A stretch of DNA of 64,000 nucleotides from an uncultured Acidobacteriota bacterium (GCA_963840225.1 CAWIYH010000002.1:519934-583933), one strand, 5' to 3'; positions 39,397-51,502 are shown, counted from the first letter of the stretch. Numbers and translations are program-made. Notes: generated from the letters alone by a model not told the origin.

Positions 39397-39554
39397 ACTT
39401 GCGGCGGGGCCCCACCCCCGCCGCGCGCTGACGCCGATGCCTTGCCTCGGAGAGTCATCGTCCTCGGCGCGGCATGGCCGCAGGCGCCGTCATCGTCTAC
39501 TTGCGGCGGGGCCCCACCCCCGCCGCGCGCTGACGCCGATGCCGCGCCTCGGCG
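39397..39554. repeat. Two direct copies (102-bp period) of an approximately 56-bp intergenic element containing a 9-bp GC hairpin
   Basis: ACTTGCGGCGGGGCCCCACCCCCGCCGCGCGCTGACGCCGATGCC occurs identically at 39397-39441 and 39499-39543, and similarity continues about 11 nt further. GCGGCGGGG / CCCCGCCGC form a perfect stem around a C-rich loop. Confidence 0.85.
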
Positions 39555-39563
39555 TGCCTGGAC

Positions 39564-41021
39564 CTACACGTTCCCGCTGTCGTCGGGATTCTCGACCGCC
39601 GCGGCCTTCTTGGACCGGGACGACCGGCGCGGGGTCGCCGCCTTGCGCACGGCGGCCTTCCGGGTGCCTCGCGGCGCCGACGCGGCGCCGGCCGATCCGG
39701 CTCGCGCCCGGCCCGCGGCCGCACGCGGCTTGCGCGGCCTCGTGCCGAGCAGTTCCGCCGTCGTGTCGACCGGCATCGGCTCGCGCGAGGCCGAGTCCTG
39801 CTCGGCCTCTTCGACCGGATGACGGACCGCCTCGCCCGGCTGCGTTTCAGCTGCCTCGCTCTCGACGTCCAGGGGCACGGCGACGGGCCCGGCCTGCGCG
39901 GTGCGCTGGAGGTTCTGGCCGGGGAACACGCGAAGGCCTCCACGGCGGTCGCGCTCCATGCGCACGAGGCCTTCGCGCTGGCAGGCCCGCAGCAGGTCCA
40001 TCAGGCCGCCGAATCCGTAGCGGCGCTCGTCGAACCCGCCGTCGGCGGCGCGGAGGATCTGCTTGACGTTCCGCAGATACATCGGCCATCGTGCGCCGCC
40101 GGCGGCCCCCAGGATCCGCCCGACACGCAGGACGCCCTCGGCGTTGTCGCCCACGGGCGGCAGGGGCTCCTGGGCGTCGGCGGCGGCCGGCTGCAGGGGT
40201 TCCTGCGGCTGCGGCGTGTCGCTGCCGGCGGGGGCCGCGTCGCGGACGCTGCCCTCGTCGAAGCTCTCGTTCAGCTCCACCATGACGCTCCTGCCGGCGT
40301 GCTTCAGCTGGACGAGGCCGGCCTTGGCGAGCTTCTCGACGAAGTCCAGGAACGAGCTGGCGCCGTAGTTCCGCTCCGAGAAGGTCGAGTCGAGCTGCAG
40401 CAGCGTGCTCTTCAGCAGCCCGGTCTGCGGGGACACCTCGCGGTCGGACAGGATCTTGAGAGCCCGGCGGACGATGGCGAATGCCTGGGCGATGGGGGCA
40501 GCGGCCGTGGGGACCGGCTGGCGTCCGCCCTTGACGACCGCGCCTCGCGAGCGGGTCAGGTTCTCGTAGGCGATGAACTCATGGCAGTTGCGCTGCAGGA
40601 TCACGCTCGTGAACCCGCGGCCGCCGACCACGAACACCTTCTTGTCGTACTGCTTCAGTTTTTCGACCAGCGACAGGAAGTCGCTGTCGCCGCCCACGAT
40701 CACGTAGGCGTTGATGTGCGGGTGGGTGAACGCCATTTCGAGCGCATCGAGCGCCAGGTTGATGTCGGCGCCGTTCTTGTCGCCGCCCGGGGTGAGGTTG
40801 CGCTGGACGAGCCTGATCGCGTGCTGCGTCAGGTGCCGGCTGTACTCGCCGGCGCGGGTCCAGTCGGCATAGGCGATCTTGGTGACGACCTCGCCGCGCT
40901 CCTTGATGGCATCCAGGATGGTGCCGACGTCGAAGTGTTCGTTGAGGGTGCTCTTGACGCCGATCTCGATGTTGTCGAAATCGACGAAAACAGCGATGTT
41001 GAGACGGTCTTGATGAGGCAA
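39564..41021 (-). CDS. NYN-domain (LabA/PIN-like RNase fold) protein with two OST-HTH/LOTUS domains and a basic tail
   Basis: IAVFVDFDNIEIG...YADW...GDKNGADINLALDALEMAF...YVIVGGDSDFLSLVEKLKQYDKKVFVVG is the NYN acidic core. Two ~70-aa segments are LOTUS-like (for example GLLKSTLLQLDSTFSERNYGASSFLDFVEKLAKAGLVQL). The C-terminus is an Arg/Lys/Ala-rich tail. Confidence 0.78.
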   Translation of the reverse strand: MPHQDRLNIAVFVDFDNIEIGVKSTLNEHFDVGTILDAIKERGEVVTKIAYADWTRAGEYSRHLTQHAIRLVQRNLTPGGDKNGADINLALDALEMAFTHPHINAYVIVGGDSDFLSLVEKLKQYDKKVFVVGGRGFTSVILQRNCHEFIAYENLTRSRGAVVKGGRQPVPTAAAPIAQAFAIVRRALKILSDREVSPQTGLLKSTLLQLDSTFSERNYGASSFLDFVEKLAKAGLVQLKHAGRSVMVELNESFDEGSVRDAAPAGSDTPQPQEPLQPAAADAQEPLPPVGDNAEGVLRVGRILGAAGGARWPMYLRNVKQILRAADGGFDERRYGFGGLMDLLRACQREGLVRMERDRRGGLRVFPGQNLQRTAQAGPVAVPLDVESEAAETQPGEAVRHPVEEAEQDSASREPMPVDTTAELLGTRPRKPRAAAGRARAGSAGAASAPRGTRKAAVRKAATPRRSSRSKKAAAVENPDDSGNV

Positions 41022-41247
41022 ATGGTCCTTCCCGATGTTGATGGGCAGATATGCGGAAGCAGATGGCGTCCGGCGCCATTGCGAACGGCTCAGCCGGGCT
41101 CACGCCGGGCGGGGCCGACACCATTATCCACCAGGAGCGCGCGCTTCGCCACCCATTCGTGCGGTCCGCCAGCCCGCGTCCGACTGGGTCATGGCGCGGG
41201 CCCTTCGTGAAGGAGCCGATGAGCGCGCGGTCGGGGCGTGATGATCC

Positions 41248-43698
<2,451 letters not shown>

Positions 43699-43795
43699 GT
43701 GGGGATTGTACCGTGAAGGGACCGGCGGGCCAGGCCGGGCGGGGAGGGGCCGGCGGGCGGGAAGGGCCGGCGCGATCCCCTCCCGCCCCAGGACC

Positions 43796-45976
43796 TTACT
43801 TGATGAACAGCATCTCGCGATAGGTCGCAAGCGGCCACGTCTCGTGCGGCATCACGACCTCGAGCCGATCGCCCGCCTCCCGGAGCGCGCCCATGGCGGG
43901 AATGACGACGTCGCGGAAGTGCCGGGCGTGCTGTTCCGCCGACCCGTTGTCGTCGTGGTCGAGCGCCGACTGGAGCTTGTCGGTGCGGCGACCGAGCTCG
44001 TCGACGAGCCTGGTCACCCTGTCGAGCGTCTTCTTCGACTCGGCCAATCGACCGCCCGCCGCCTTGACCGCGGCGACGCCCTGCGCCACCTGCTTCTGGT
44101 AGTCGAGCCCGGCCGGCAGGATGTAGCGGTTGGCCATCAGCACCATCAGCTGCCCTTCGACGTTGACCGTCTTGATGTACTGCTCGACCATCACCTCGTA
44201 GCGCGCGTGCAGCTCGCGCGCGTTGAGCACCTTGTACTTCTCGAAGAGGGCGATCGCCTCCTTCGACGTGAGCTGGGGCAGCGCGTCGATGGTGTTCTTG
44301 AGGTTCAGCAGGCCGCGCTTGGCCGCCTCCTTCTCCCACTCCTTCGAGTAGTTGTTGCCGTTGAAGACGATCCGCTTGTTCTCCTTGATTACCTTCGGCA
44401 GCAGCGCGGCGAGAGCCTGCTCGATGGACTTGCCCGCCTTGGTCGCCTTCTCCAGCTCCGTCGCCATGTAGTCGAGCGACTCGGTCACGGCGACGTTCAG
44501 CGCGATGTTCGGGTACGCGATGCTCTGGTTGGCCGACACGGCCCGGAACTCGAACTTGTTGCCGGTGAAGGCGAAGGGGCTCGTCCGATTGCGGTCGCCG
44601 GCGTCGCGCGGGAGCTTGGGCAGCGCCAGCACGCCGGTGTCGAGCTCGCCGCCGTGTCTGGTCGACCTTGCGCGCCCCTTCTCGATCTGCTCGAAGATGT
44701 CGGTCAACATGTCGCCAAGGAACACCGAGATGATCGCCGGCGGCGCCTCGTTCGCGCCGAGCCGGTGGTCGTTGCCGGCGCTCGCGATGGCGGCCCGCAG
44801 CAGCCCCTGCCAGTTGTTCACGGCCCGGATGACGGCCGTGCAGAAGACCAGGAACTGCATGTTGTCGTGCGGGTTCGCGCCCGGCGACAGCAGGTTGTGC
44901 CCCTCGTCGTCGCTCATCGACCAGTTCAGGTGCTTGCCAGACCCGTTGACGCCGGCGAACGGCTTCTCGTGGAGCAGACAGGCGAGACCGAACTTCGGCG
45001 CGGTGCGCTTGAGCGTCTCCATCATCATCATCTGATGATCGGTCGCCACGTTGGCGTTCTCGAACACCGGCGCGATCTGGTACTGGCTCGGCGCCACCTC
45101 GTTGTGCCGCGTCTTGACCGGCACGCCGACCTTGTACAGCTCGCCCTCGACCTCGGACATGAAGGCCATCACGCGATCGGGAATCGCCCCGAAGTACTGA
45201 TCTTCGAGCTCCTGGCCCTTGGGCGGGCGGGCGCCGAAGAGCGTGCGCCCGGCGTTGATGAGATCCGGGCGGGAGAGATAGAAGTAGCGGTCGATCAGGA
45301 AGTACTCCTGCTCGGGACCGCACGTGGTGATCACCCGCTCGGCGGTCGAGCCGAACAGCTTGAGGACCCGCACCGCCTGCCTGGACAGCGCCTCCATGGA
45401 GCGCAGGAGCGGCGTCTTCTTGTCGAGCGCCTCGCCGGTCCAGCTCACGAACGCCGTCGGGATGACCAGCGTCACCGAGTTCCCGCTCTTCAACAGCCAC
45501 GGAGGACTGGTCGGATCCCACGCCGTGTAGCCGCGGGCCTCGAAGGTGGACCGCATCCCGCCCGAGGGAAAGCTGGACGCGTCCGGCTCGCCCTTGATCA
45601 GCTCCTTGCCCGAGAACTCGGCCACCGCCTTGCCGTCGTTGGTCGGCGTGAGAAACGAGTCGTGCTTCTCGGCCGTGATGCCGGTCAGCGGCTGGAACCA
45701 GTGCGTGTAGTGCGTGGCGCCGTGCTCGACGGCCCATTCCTTCATCGCCGACGCCACGGCGTCGGCGACCGACAGATCGAGCGCCTCGCCGTGGGTGATG
45801 GTCCGCCGCAGGGCGTGGTAGACGGCCTTCGGCAGCCGCGCCTGCTGGACCTCGTCGTTGAACACCAGGCTGCCGAACGACTCGGTGGCGCGCATCGTCC
45901 GCGCCGGTTCCTTCGCCTCGTTCATCGACCAGCCGCGGATGGCGGTGATCGCCTCCCCCAGAACTGAGGAACCCAT
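43796..45976 (-). CDS. glnN: Type III glutamine synthetase
   Basis: 726 aa from ATG 45976 (RBS GGAAGAGAGG). N-terminal [20 protein letters not shown]..., then [11 protein letters not shown] and a long C-terminal extension typical of GSIII rather than GSI. Confidence 0.88.
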   Translation of the reverse strand: MGSSVLGEAITAIRGWSMNEAKEPARTMRATESFGSLVFNDEVQQARLPKAVYHALRRTITHGEALDLSVADAVASAMKEWAVEHGATHYTHWFQPLTGITAEKHDSFLTPTNDGKAVAEFSGKELIKGEPDASSFPSGGMRSTFEARGYTAWDPTSPPWLLKSGNSVTLVIPTAFVSWTGEALDKKTPLLRSMEALSRQAVRVLKLFGSTAERVITTCGPEQEYFLIDRYFYLSRPDLINAGRTLFGARPPKGQELEDQYFGAIPDRVMAFMSEVEGELYKVGVPVKTRHNEVAPSQYQIAPVFENANVATDHQMMMMETLKRTAPKFGLACLLHEKPFAGVNGSGKHLNWSMSDDEGHNLLSPGANPHDNMQFLVFCTAVIRAVNNWQGLLRAAIASAGNDHRLGANEAPPAIISVFLGDMLTDIFEQIEKGRARSTRHGGELDTGVLALPKLPRDAGDRNRTSPFAFTGNKFEFRAVSANQSIAYPNIALNVAVTESLDYMATELEKATKAGKSIEQALAALLPKVIKENKRIVFNGNNYSKEWEKEAAKRGLLNLKNTIDALPQLTSKEAIALFEKYKVLNARELHARYEVMVEQYIKTVNVEGQLMVLMANRYILPAGLDYQKQVAQGVAAVKAAGGRLAESKKTLDRVTRLVDELGRRTDKLQSALDHDDNGSAEQHARHFRDVVIPAMGALREAGDRLEVVMPHETWPLATYREMLFIK

Positions 45977-46308
45977 CGTACGCCTCTCTTCCTTATGCGC
46001 GTCCTTATGCGCGTCGGGCTCCACCCCCAACGCGACTGCCCAACTGACGCTCTCCGTCGGTTATCACCGCTCGCGGGCCCATCCCCGCTCGCACTCGCCC
46101 GCGGTCACGCCGAAACGCCCGGCTGTACCCTCACCGCCGTTCGGCGGGCACGCGCACGGCGCAGCATATCGCCGTCGCCGCGAGACGGAAATTGTCTCTC
46201 GTTTCGTGCATGGAATGCAATCAATTGGCAACTTTTGACGCTAGTTGGCTGAAATATTGCCGACGTGAACAGATATCGGAGCATAAAAGGCAATATCTCT
46301 GGATCGCT

Positions 46309-46944
46309 CTAGGCTGCGGGACCGGGCCAGCCCAGCAGGGCCAGGAACTCGGCCAGCACCATGGCCGTCGCGCCCCAGATTTCGGCGTCGGCGACACTGA
46401 ACAGCGGGATGGTGAGGGCGCGCCCGTCGCGCACCCGCTCCACGCGACCCAGCCGCTCCGGATCGATCAGCGCTTCGACCGCCACCTCGAGGATCCGCTC
46501 CACTTCTGAGTCGGCCGGCGAGAGGGCCGGCCGCTTCCCGGCGGCCGCGACGATCGGATGCAGGCGGAAGCCGCTCACGGGGATGTCGAGTGGCGTGAGC
46601 GCGCCGAGCACGCGAACCGAGCCCGGATCGAGTCCCACTTCTTCCTGCGCTTCGCGCAGCGCGGCCTGTTGGTAGGTCTCGCCCGGGTCGAGCACGCCTC
46701 CCGGCAGCGACACCTGCCCGCGGTGGCGCCCGAGCGTGTTCGCACGGAGCGTGAGGATGACGTGCGGGCGCCGCTCGATTGGAAAAAGAAGCAGTAGACC
46801 GGCTGCGCGCCGCACGCGCGCGGGGTTGAAGCCGGCCGGCCAGTCGCGCCGCGGCTGCGGCGCCATCAGCCACTGCGCGGAAGGGCCCGGCAAGGGGGCC
46901 GCGAACGCCGCCTCCAGTCGGCGGAGCGCGTCGTCGTATGTCAC
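46309..46944 (-). CDS. NUDIX hydrolase (CoA pyrophosphatase-like)
   Basis: Nudix box GGVLDPGETYQQAALREAQEEVG. GTG start at 46944. Confidence 0.85.
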   Translation of the reverse strand: MTYDDALRRLEAAFAAPLPGPSAQWLMAPQPRRDWPAGFNPARVRRAAGLLLLFPIERRPHVILTLRANTLGRHRGQVSLPGGVLDPGETYQQAALREAQEEVGLDPGSVRVLGALTPLDIPVSGFRLHPIVAAAGKRPALSPADSEVERILEVAVEALIDPERLGRVERVRDGRALTIPLFSVADAEIWGATAMVLAEFLALLGWPGPAA

Positions 46945-47289
46945 CGCCGGGTGCCGGGATCGAGGGACGTTCCGGGGCGCAGGACGTCGAGCGATCGACA
47001 GCCGATCGCCCCGTTCCGTTCCTCGGAAACGGCGACGCGCCCGTTGGCTGTTTGTATCGTCCGTGCAACGACGACGAGAGGAGAGACGATTTTCATGATG
47101 CGAAAGTCATTCGAGCGCCGCAACGATTCGGGGACCATCGGCGTCTAGCAATGATGGCAGCGGTCTGGCAACACGTCGGACGTCGGTGCCTCCGAGCGGC
47201 CGACCTCGATCCGCAATTTTGGAGTACAGCTGGCTGAGCCAGAAAACGTTCAGCTGACCGTCGGCCGGCGGGCGTCGTCCTTAATTAGA

Positions 47290-47883
47290 ATGACATGGAT
47301 CCGGGAGAACTGGTTGCGACTGCTGAAGCTGCTGCGGACGGTGCAGGCAACGGCCGGCGCGGTAATGATTGGCGGCGTGCGGGCGATCTTCGGCGGCGTC
47401 GGTGGTCGGATCGATCTGGCGCCTGGTGATCTCGCGCCCGACTTCGAGCTCGCCGGTTCCGACGGGCGGACCCACCGGCTGTCGACGCTGCGTGGCCGCA
47501 CGGTCGTCATCGCGTGGTTCCCCAAGGCGTTCACGGGCGGGTGAACGGCCGAGTGTCGATCGCTCGGATCGAGCGATGAAGACCTCGACCGGTTCGACGT
47601 GAAGTACTTCGCGGCGAGCACGGACGCGCCGGCGACGAATCGATCGTTTGCCGAGTCGCTCGCGCTCGATTATCCGATACTGAGCGATCCGGCCGGAGCC
47701 GTGGCGCGCGCGTATGGCGTCCTCGGGCGTGCCGGTTATGCGTCGCGCTGGACGTTCTACGTCGGGGCGGACGGACGCGTGGCCGACATCGACCGCCAGG
47801 TGGCGCCCGGATCGCACGGACCGGCGGTCGTCGAGAAACTGCGAGCGCTGGGAGTTCCCGAGGTTTCATCTCGGCAGGCCTGA
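47290..47883 (+). CDS. PrxQ/Bcp-type peroxiredoxin with in-frame TGA (47542-47544) at the peroxidatic position: candidate selenocysteine protein
   Basis: Track ORFs 47290-47544 and 47599-47883 are in the same frame and are separated only by one TGA. Read-through gives ...DLAPDFELAGSDGRTHRLSTLRGRTVVIAWFPKAFTGG[U]TAECRSLGSSDEDLDRFDVKYFAASTDAPATNRSFAESLALDYPILSDPAGAVARAYGV...RWTFYVGADGRV..., collinear with the AhpC/TSA fold. Confidence 0.7.
47559..47577 (+). promoter_or_regulatory. SECIS-like hairpin 15 nt downstream of the in-frame UGA
   Basis: ATCGCTC-GGATC-GAGCGAT: a perfect 7-bp stem with a G-rich 5-nt apical loop. An alternative overlapping hairpin is CCGAGTG-TCGAT-CGCTCGG at 47549-47567. 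Confidence 0.45.
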
Positions 47884-47934
47884 GGCGATCGGGTCTGCCC
47901 TCACAAGCTGGCCGCGTGGCGGCCAGGCTGGAGC

Positions 47935-50718
47935 GTGGCCATGGCACTGCTCGATCGTTTTCGCGCCCAATCCCGTCACAAGCACCCCGATCCGCTGGTC
48001 CGGCTCGAAGCGGTCGCCGAGGTCCCGATCGACGATCGTGACCTCATCGCGGCGATCGCCCGGGAGGACGAGGATCCACGCGTGCGCCGCGCCGCCGTCG
48101 CCAAGCTGCTCGATCCGGCGGCGCTCGCGAGCGTGGCGCGCGGGGACGCCGACGACGGCGTGCGGGCGCAGGCGGTCGCGATGCTTCGCGACATCGCGCT
48201 CGACGCCTTCGAGGGGCTCGGCGAAGCCGACAGCCTCGCTGCCCTCGAATCGCTGGATGAGGGGCGCGCGCTCGCGCAGGTGGCCAAGGAGGCCCCGCGG
48301 GAGGCGATCGCGATGGCGGCACTCGCGCGCGTGACCGACGGCCGCGCCCGGGCGGCGATCGCGCGGCACGCGGGGGCGGAAGTCGTGCGGCTGGCGGCGC
48401 TCTCGGGCGTCATGGAGCCGGGCGACGTCCTCGAGGTCGCGCTCAATTCAGAGTTCAAGGACGTGGCGCTCGCCGCCGTGGAGCGTCTGACCGAGCGCGC
48501 CGAGCTCGAGCAGACGGCGTCCCGCGCCAGGAACAAGAGCGCGTCGAAGCGGGCGCGGGCGATCCTGCGCGAGCAGGAGGAGCGCGCGCTGGCCGCCGCG
48601 GCGCCCGCGGCTCCCGATCCGATCGAGCTGGCGCGCGCCGAGCGCCTCCAGATCGTCCAGCGCGTCGAGGCCCTGGCGAACGCCGACCTGGTCGACGCCG
48701 CGGCGGCGGCGCTCGCCGAGGCCGACGCCGCCTGGGCGTCGATGGACGGCGAAGCCGACGCGCTGACGGCCGCTCGCTTTTCGACGGCAGTCGGCGTCGC
48801 GCGTGAGCGCGTGGCGGCGCTGCGCGACCGGGACGCGCGCGCGGAAGGGGCCGCCGAGCTGGCGCGCCGCCGCGACGAGGAACTGGCGGGCGAGCGCGCG
48901 CGGGCGACCGCGGAGGCCGAATCGGCGGCGCGCGCGGCCGCGGAAAAGGACCAGGAGCGGCGGCGGCTGCGGATGGAGGAGCTCGTGCCCGAAGCCGAAG
49001 CGGCCGCCGCCGACGAGGACCTCGCCTCCGCGCGCCGGCGGTTCGCCCTGGTCCGGCACGAGTGGCGCGACCTGGGCGCCGGTCCGGCGATTGATGCCGC
49101 CCTCGCCGAGCGGTACGCCGCCGCCGACGCGCGGCTGGCGGCGCGCGACACCGAGGCGCAGGACGCCGAGGCCCGCGCGCGGCGCGAGGGCCTGCACCGC
49201 ATGACGCAGCTCCTCGCCCGCATCGAACCGCTCGCCGCGCGGTCCGATCTCTCTCTGAAGGCGGGCGAGCGTGCGCTGCGCGACGCCCGCGCGGCGCTCG
49301 CCGACGTGCCGCCGCTCCCCTCCAAGCAGGACTTCGACGATGTCAGCCGACGCCTCAAGGAGGCGGTCTCCGCGCTGTCGCCGCGGGTCCAGGAGCTGCG
49401 TGATGCCGACGAATGGCGGCGCTTCGCCAACGTCGCGATCCAGGAGCGGCTCTGCGCCAAGATGGAGGCGCTCAAGACGGTTGAGGATCCCGAGGAGATC
49501 GCGCACCAGGTCCGTGACCTGCAGCAGCAGTGGCGGCAGGCGGCCGACGTGCCGCGCGCGCAGGCCGAGGCGCTCTGGCATCGCTTCAAGGCGGCGCACG
49601 ACCAGGTCTGGCCGCGCTGCGAAGCACACTTCTCGGCGGAGAACGAGTCGCGGCGCGCCAACCTCGCGGGCAAGCTCGCGCTGTGCGAGCGCGCCGAGGC
49701 GCTCGCCGACTCGAGCAACTGGATCCAGACCGCCGAAGCCATCAAGGCGCTCCAGGCTGAATGGAAGGCCATCGGGCCGGTGACGCGCGGCCAGGAGAAG
49801 GCGGTCTGGGAGCGGTTCCGCACCGCCTGCGATCGCTTCTTCACCCGTCGCCACGCCGACCTGGCGGACCGCAAGAAGGTGTGGGGCGAGAACATGGCCC
49901 GGAAGGTCGCGCTCTGCGAGCGTGCCGAGGCGCTCGCCGAGTCGACCGACTGGGACGCCGCCGCGGCCGAGCTCAAGCGGCTGCAGGCCGAGTGGAAGAC
50001 CATCGGCCCGGTCAAGAAGAGCCGCTCCGAGGCCATCTGGCAGCGCTTCCGGACCGGCTGCGACCGCTTCTTCTCCCGATACGCCCACCGCTACGACATC
50101 GCGCTCGCCGAGCGCATCGGCGCGCGCGAGTCCATCTGCGCCGAGCTCGAAGCGCTCGCCTCCGCCGAGAGCGCGGATCCGCCCGCCGACCTGCTCGCCC
50201 TCGTCCGCGGCATCCGCGCCCGCTGGCAGCAGCAGATCGCCGGCCGCGGCGTCGACCGCGACCACGCCGTCGCGCTCGACCAGCGCTTCGCCGACGCCTT
50301 CGCCCGCATCGTGTCGCGCTGGCCCGACGCCTTCGCCAACACCGATCTCGATCCCGACGCGAACCGCAAGCGGATGGAGACGCTGGTCCGGCGGATCGAG
50401 GAGCTCGCCGGCTCGCTGAGCCGGGCCCAGCCGGGGGGCGCCGACGAGTCACTCTCGCCGACGACGCGGCTGGCGGCGATGCTCAAGGAGGCGCTCGCCG
50501 CGAACACGATCGGCGGCAAGGCGGACGAGGACAGCCGCTGGCGCGCCGCTGCCGAGGACGTCCGCCAGGCGCAGGCGGCGCTCTCGCGCATCGGGCCGGT
50601 GCCCGACGCCGCGCGCCGCGCGCTGAGCGATCGGTTCCAGCGGGCGAGCCGCCGCATCATGGAGCGCGCCGGCGGCCCCGCCCGATCGGGCGCGCCGCGG
50701 CGGCCTACTGGATCTTGA
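47935..50718 (+). CDS. DUF349-repeat protein with HEAT-like N-terminus
   Basis: Several repeats of the pattern W(R/K)..G......E.(L/A)W.RF+.ACD.FF.R, for example LQAEWKAIGPVTRGQEKAVWERFRTACDRFFTRR. Confidence 0.75.
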   Translation: MAMALLDRFRAQSRHKHPDPLVRLEAVAEVPIDDRDLIAAIAREDEDPRVRRAAVAKLLDPAALASVARGDADDGVRAQAVAMLRDIALDAFEGLGEADSLAALESLDEGRALAQVAKEAPREAIAMAALARVTDGRARAAIARHAGAEVVRLAALSGVMEPGDVLEVALNSEFKDVALAAVERLTERAELEQTASRARNKSASKRARAILREQEERALAAAAPAAPDPIELARAERLQIVQRVEALANADLVDAAAAALAEADAAWASMDGEADALTAARFSTAVGVARERVAALRDRDARAEGAAELARRRDEELAGERARATAEAESAARAAAEKDQERRRLRMEELVPEAEAAAADEDLASARRRFALVRHEWRDLGAGPAIDAALAERYAAADARLAARDTEAQDAEARARREGLHRMTQLLARIEPLAARSDLSLKAGERALRDARAALADVPPLPSKQDFDDVSRRLKEAVSALSPRVQELRDADEWRRFANVAIQERLCAKMEALKTVEDPEEIAHQVRDLQQQWRQAADVPRAQAEALWHRFKAAHDQVWPRCEAHFSAENESRRANLAGKLALCERAEALADSSNWIQTAEAIKALQAEWKAIGPVTRGQEKAVWERFRTACDRFFTRRHADLADRKKVWGENMARKVALCERAEALAESTDWDAAAAELKRLQAEWKTIGPVKKSRSEAIWQRFRTGCDRFFSRYAHRYDIALAERIGARESICAELEALASAESADPPADLLALVRGIRARWQQQIAGRGVDRDHAVALDQRFADAFARIVSRWPDAFANTDLDPDANRKRMETLVRRIEELAGSLSRAQPGGADESLSPTTRLAAMLKEALAANTIGGKADEDSRWRAAAEDVRQAQAALSRIGPVPDAARRALSDRFQRASRRIMERAGGPARSGAPRRPTGS

Positions 50719-51502
50719 GGAGCTCGACGTCGAAGACGAGCATGCCGTACGGCGGGCTCTCGCCCTTGTAGGCGAGCTTCTCGGGAATCCAGAAGCGCAC
50801 CTTCTCGCCCTCGACCATCAGCTGGAGGCCTTCGGTCCATCCGGGAATGACGCCGTCGACCGAAAACGACGCCGTGCCGCCGTGGACGACCGAGCTGTCG
50901 AACATCTTGCCGTCGGTCGTCCAGCCGGTGTAAGCCACGGTCACCATGCTGCTGCTCTTCGGATGGCGGCCGCCGACCCCTTCCTTCAGCACCTTGTACG
51001 CCAGTCCGCTGTGCGTGCGGGTCGCGTCGGCGGGCGGCGCCTTCACGTCGCCCGGCGCGCGGTTGGGAATGGCCAGCAGCTCGAGATCGAAGACGAGCGT
51101 GCCCTTCGGCTTGCCGTCCTGCCCCTTGTAGGCGAGCGACTCGGGAACCCAGATCCGGCGCTTCTCGCCCGGGACCATCAGCTGCACGCCTTCGCTGAAT
51201 CCCGGAATGACGCGGTTGACGGGAAAGGTCGACGGCGTCCCCCGGACGATCGTGCTGTCGAACATCCTGCCGTCGGCGGTCCAGCCCGTGTAGTTGAGCG
51301 TCACCAGGTCGGCGGGGGTGGGGTGGTCGCTCCCGCTGCCCGGCGCCAGTACCTTCGTCACGAGCCCGTCGGCGGTCTTGGTGGCGTCGGCGGGTGGCGC
51401 GGCCACATCCGGCGGCGCGGGCACGGTCTTGGGCGGCGGCGTCTGAGCGGACGACACGGCGGCGACGAACACGATCGCGAGCGCGGACAGGAAGACACGC
51501 AT
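50705..51502 (-). CDS. Periplasmic FKBP-type peptidyl-prolyl isomerase with two FKBP domains
   Basis: Two copies of the FKBP core: VTLNYTGWTADGRMFDS...VIPGFSEGVQLMVPGEKRRIWVP and VTVAYTGWTTDGKMFDS...VIPGWTEGLQLMVEGEKVRFWIP. The signal peptide runs from ATG 51502. ATG 51526 is an alternative start. Confidence 0.88.
   Translation of the reverse strand: MRVFLSALAIVFVAAVSSAQTPPPKTVPAPPDVAAPPADATKTADGLVTKVLAPGSGSDHPTPADLVTLNYTGWTADGRMFDSTIVRGTPSTFPVNRVIPGFSEGVQLMVPGEKRRIWVPESLAYKGQDGKPKGTLVFDLELLAIPNRAPGDVKAPPADATRTHSGLAYKVLKEGVGGRHPKSSSMVTVAYTGWTTDGKMFDSSVVHGGTASFSVDGVIPGWTEGLQLMVEGEKVRFWIPEKLAYKGESPPYGMLVFDVELLKIQ

Noticed and set aside
39397-39554. Possible CRISPR array (identical 45-nt repeats with about 57-nt spacing)
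   Set aside because: There are only two copies and no cas genes in the window. The repeat is a strong hairpin also found singly elsewhere (57676-57698). A REP-like element is more likely.
46245-46260. Sigma-54-like promoter TTGGCTGAAATATTGC (GG-N10-GC spacing correct)
   Set aside because: It is on the plus strand and points into the 3' end of the convergent Nudix gene, away from glnN. I found no equivalent match on the minus strand, so it would drive only antisense transcription. This is probably chance in an AT-rich patch.
47976-50036. 686-aa Ser/Ala/Arg-rich minus-strand ORF and several other long ORFs overlapping the DUF349 gene
   Set aside because: They are low-complexity and lie antisense to a plus-strand gene that shows clear repeated DUF349 motifs. 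There is no independent support.
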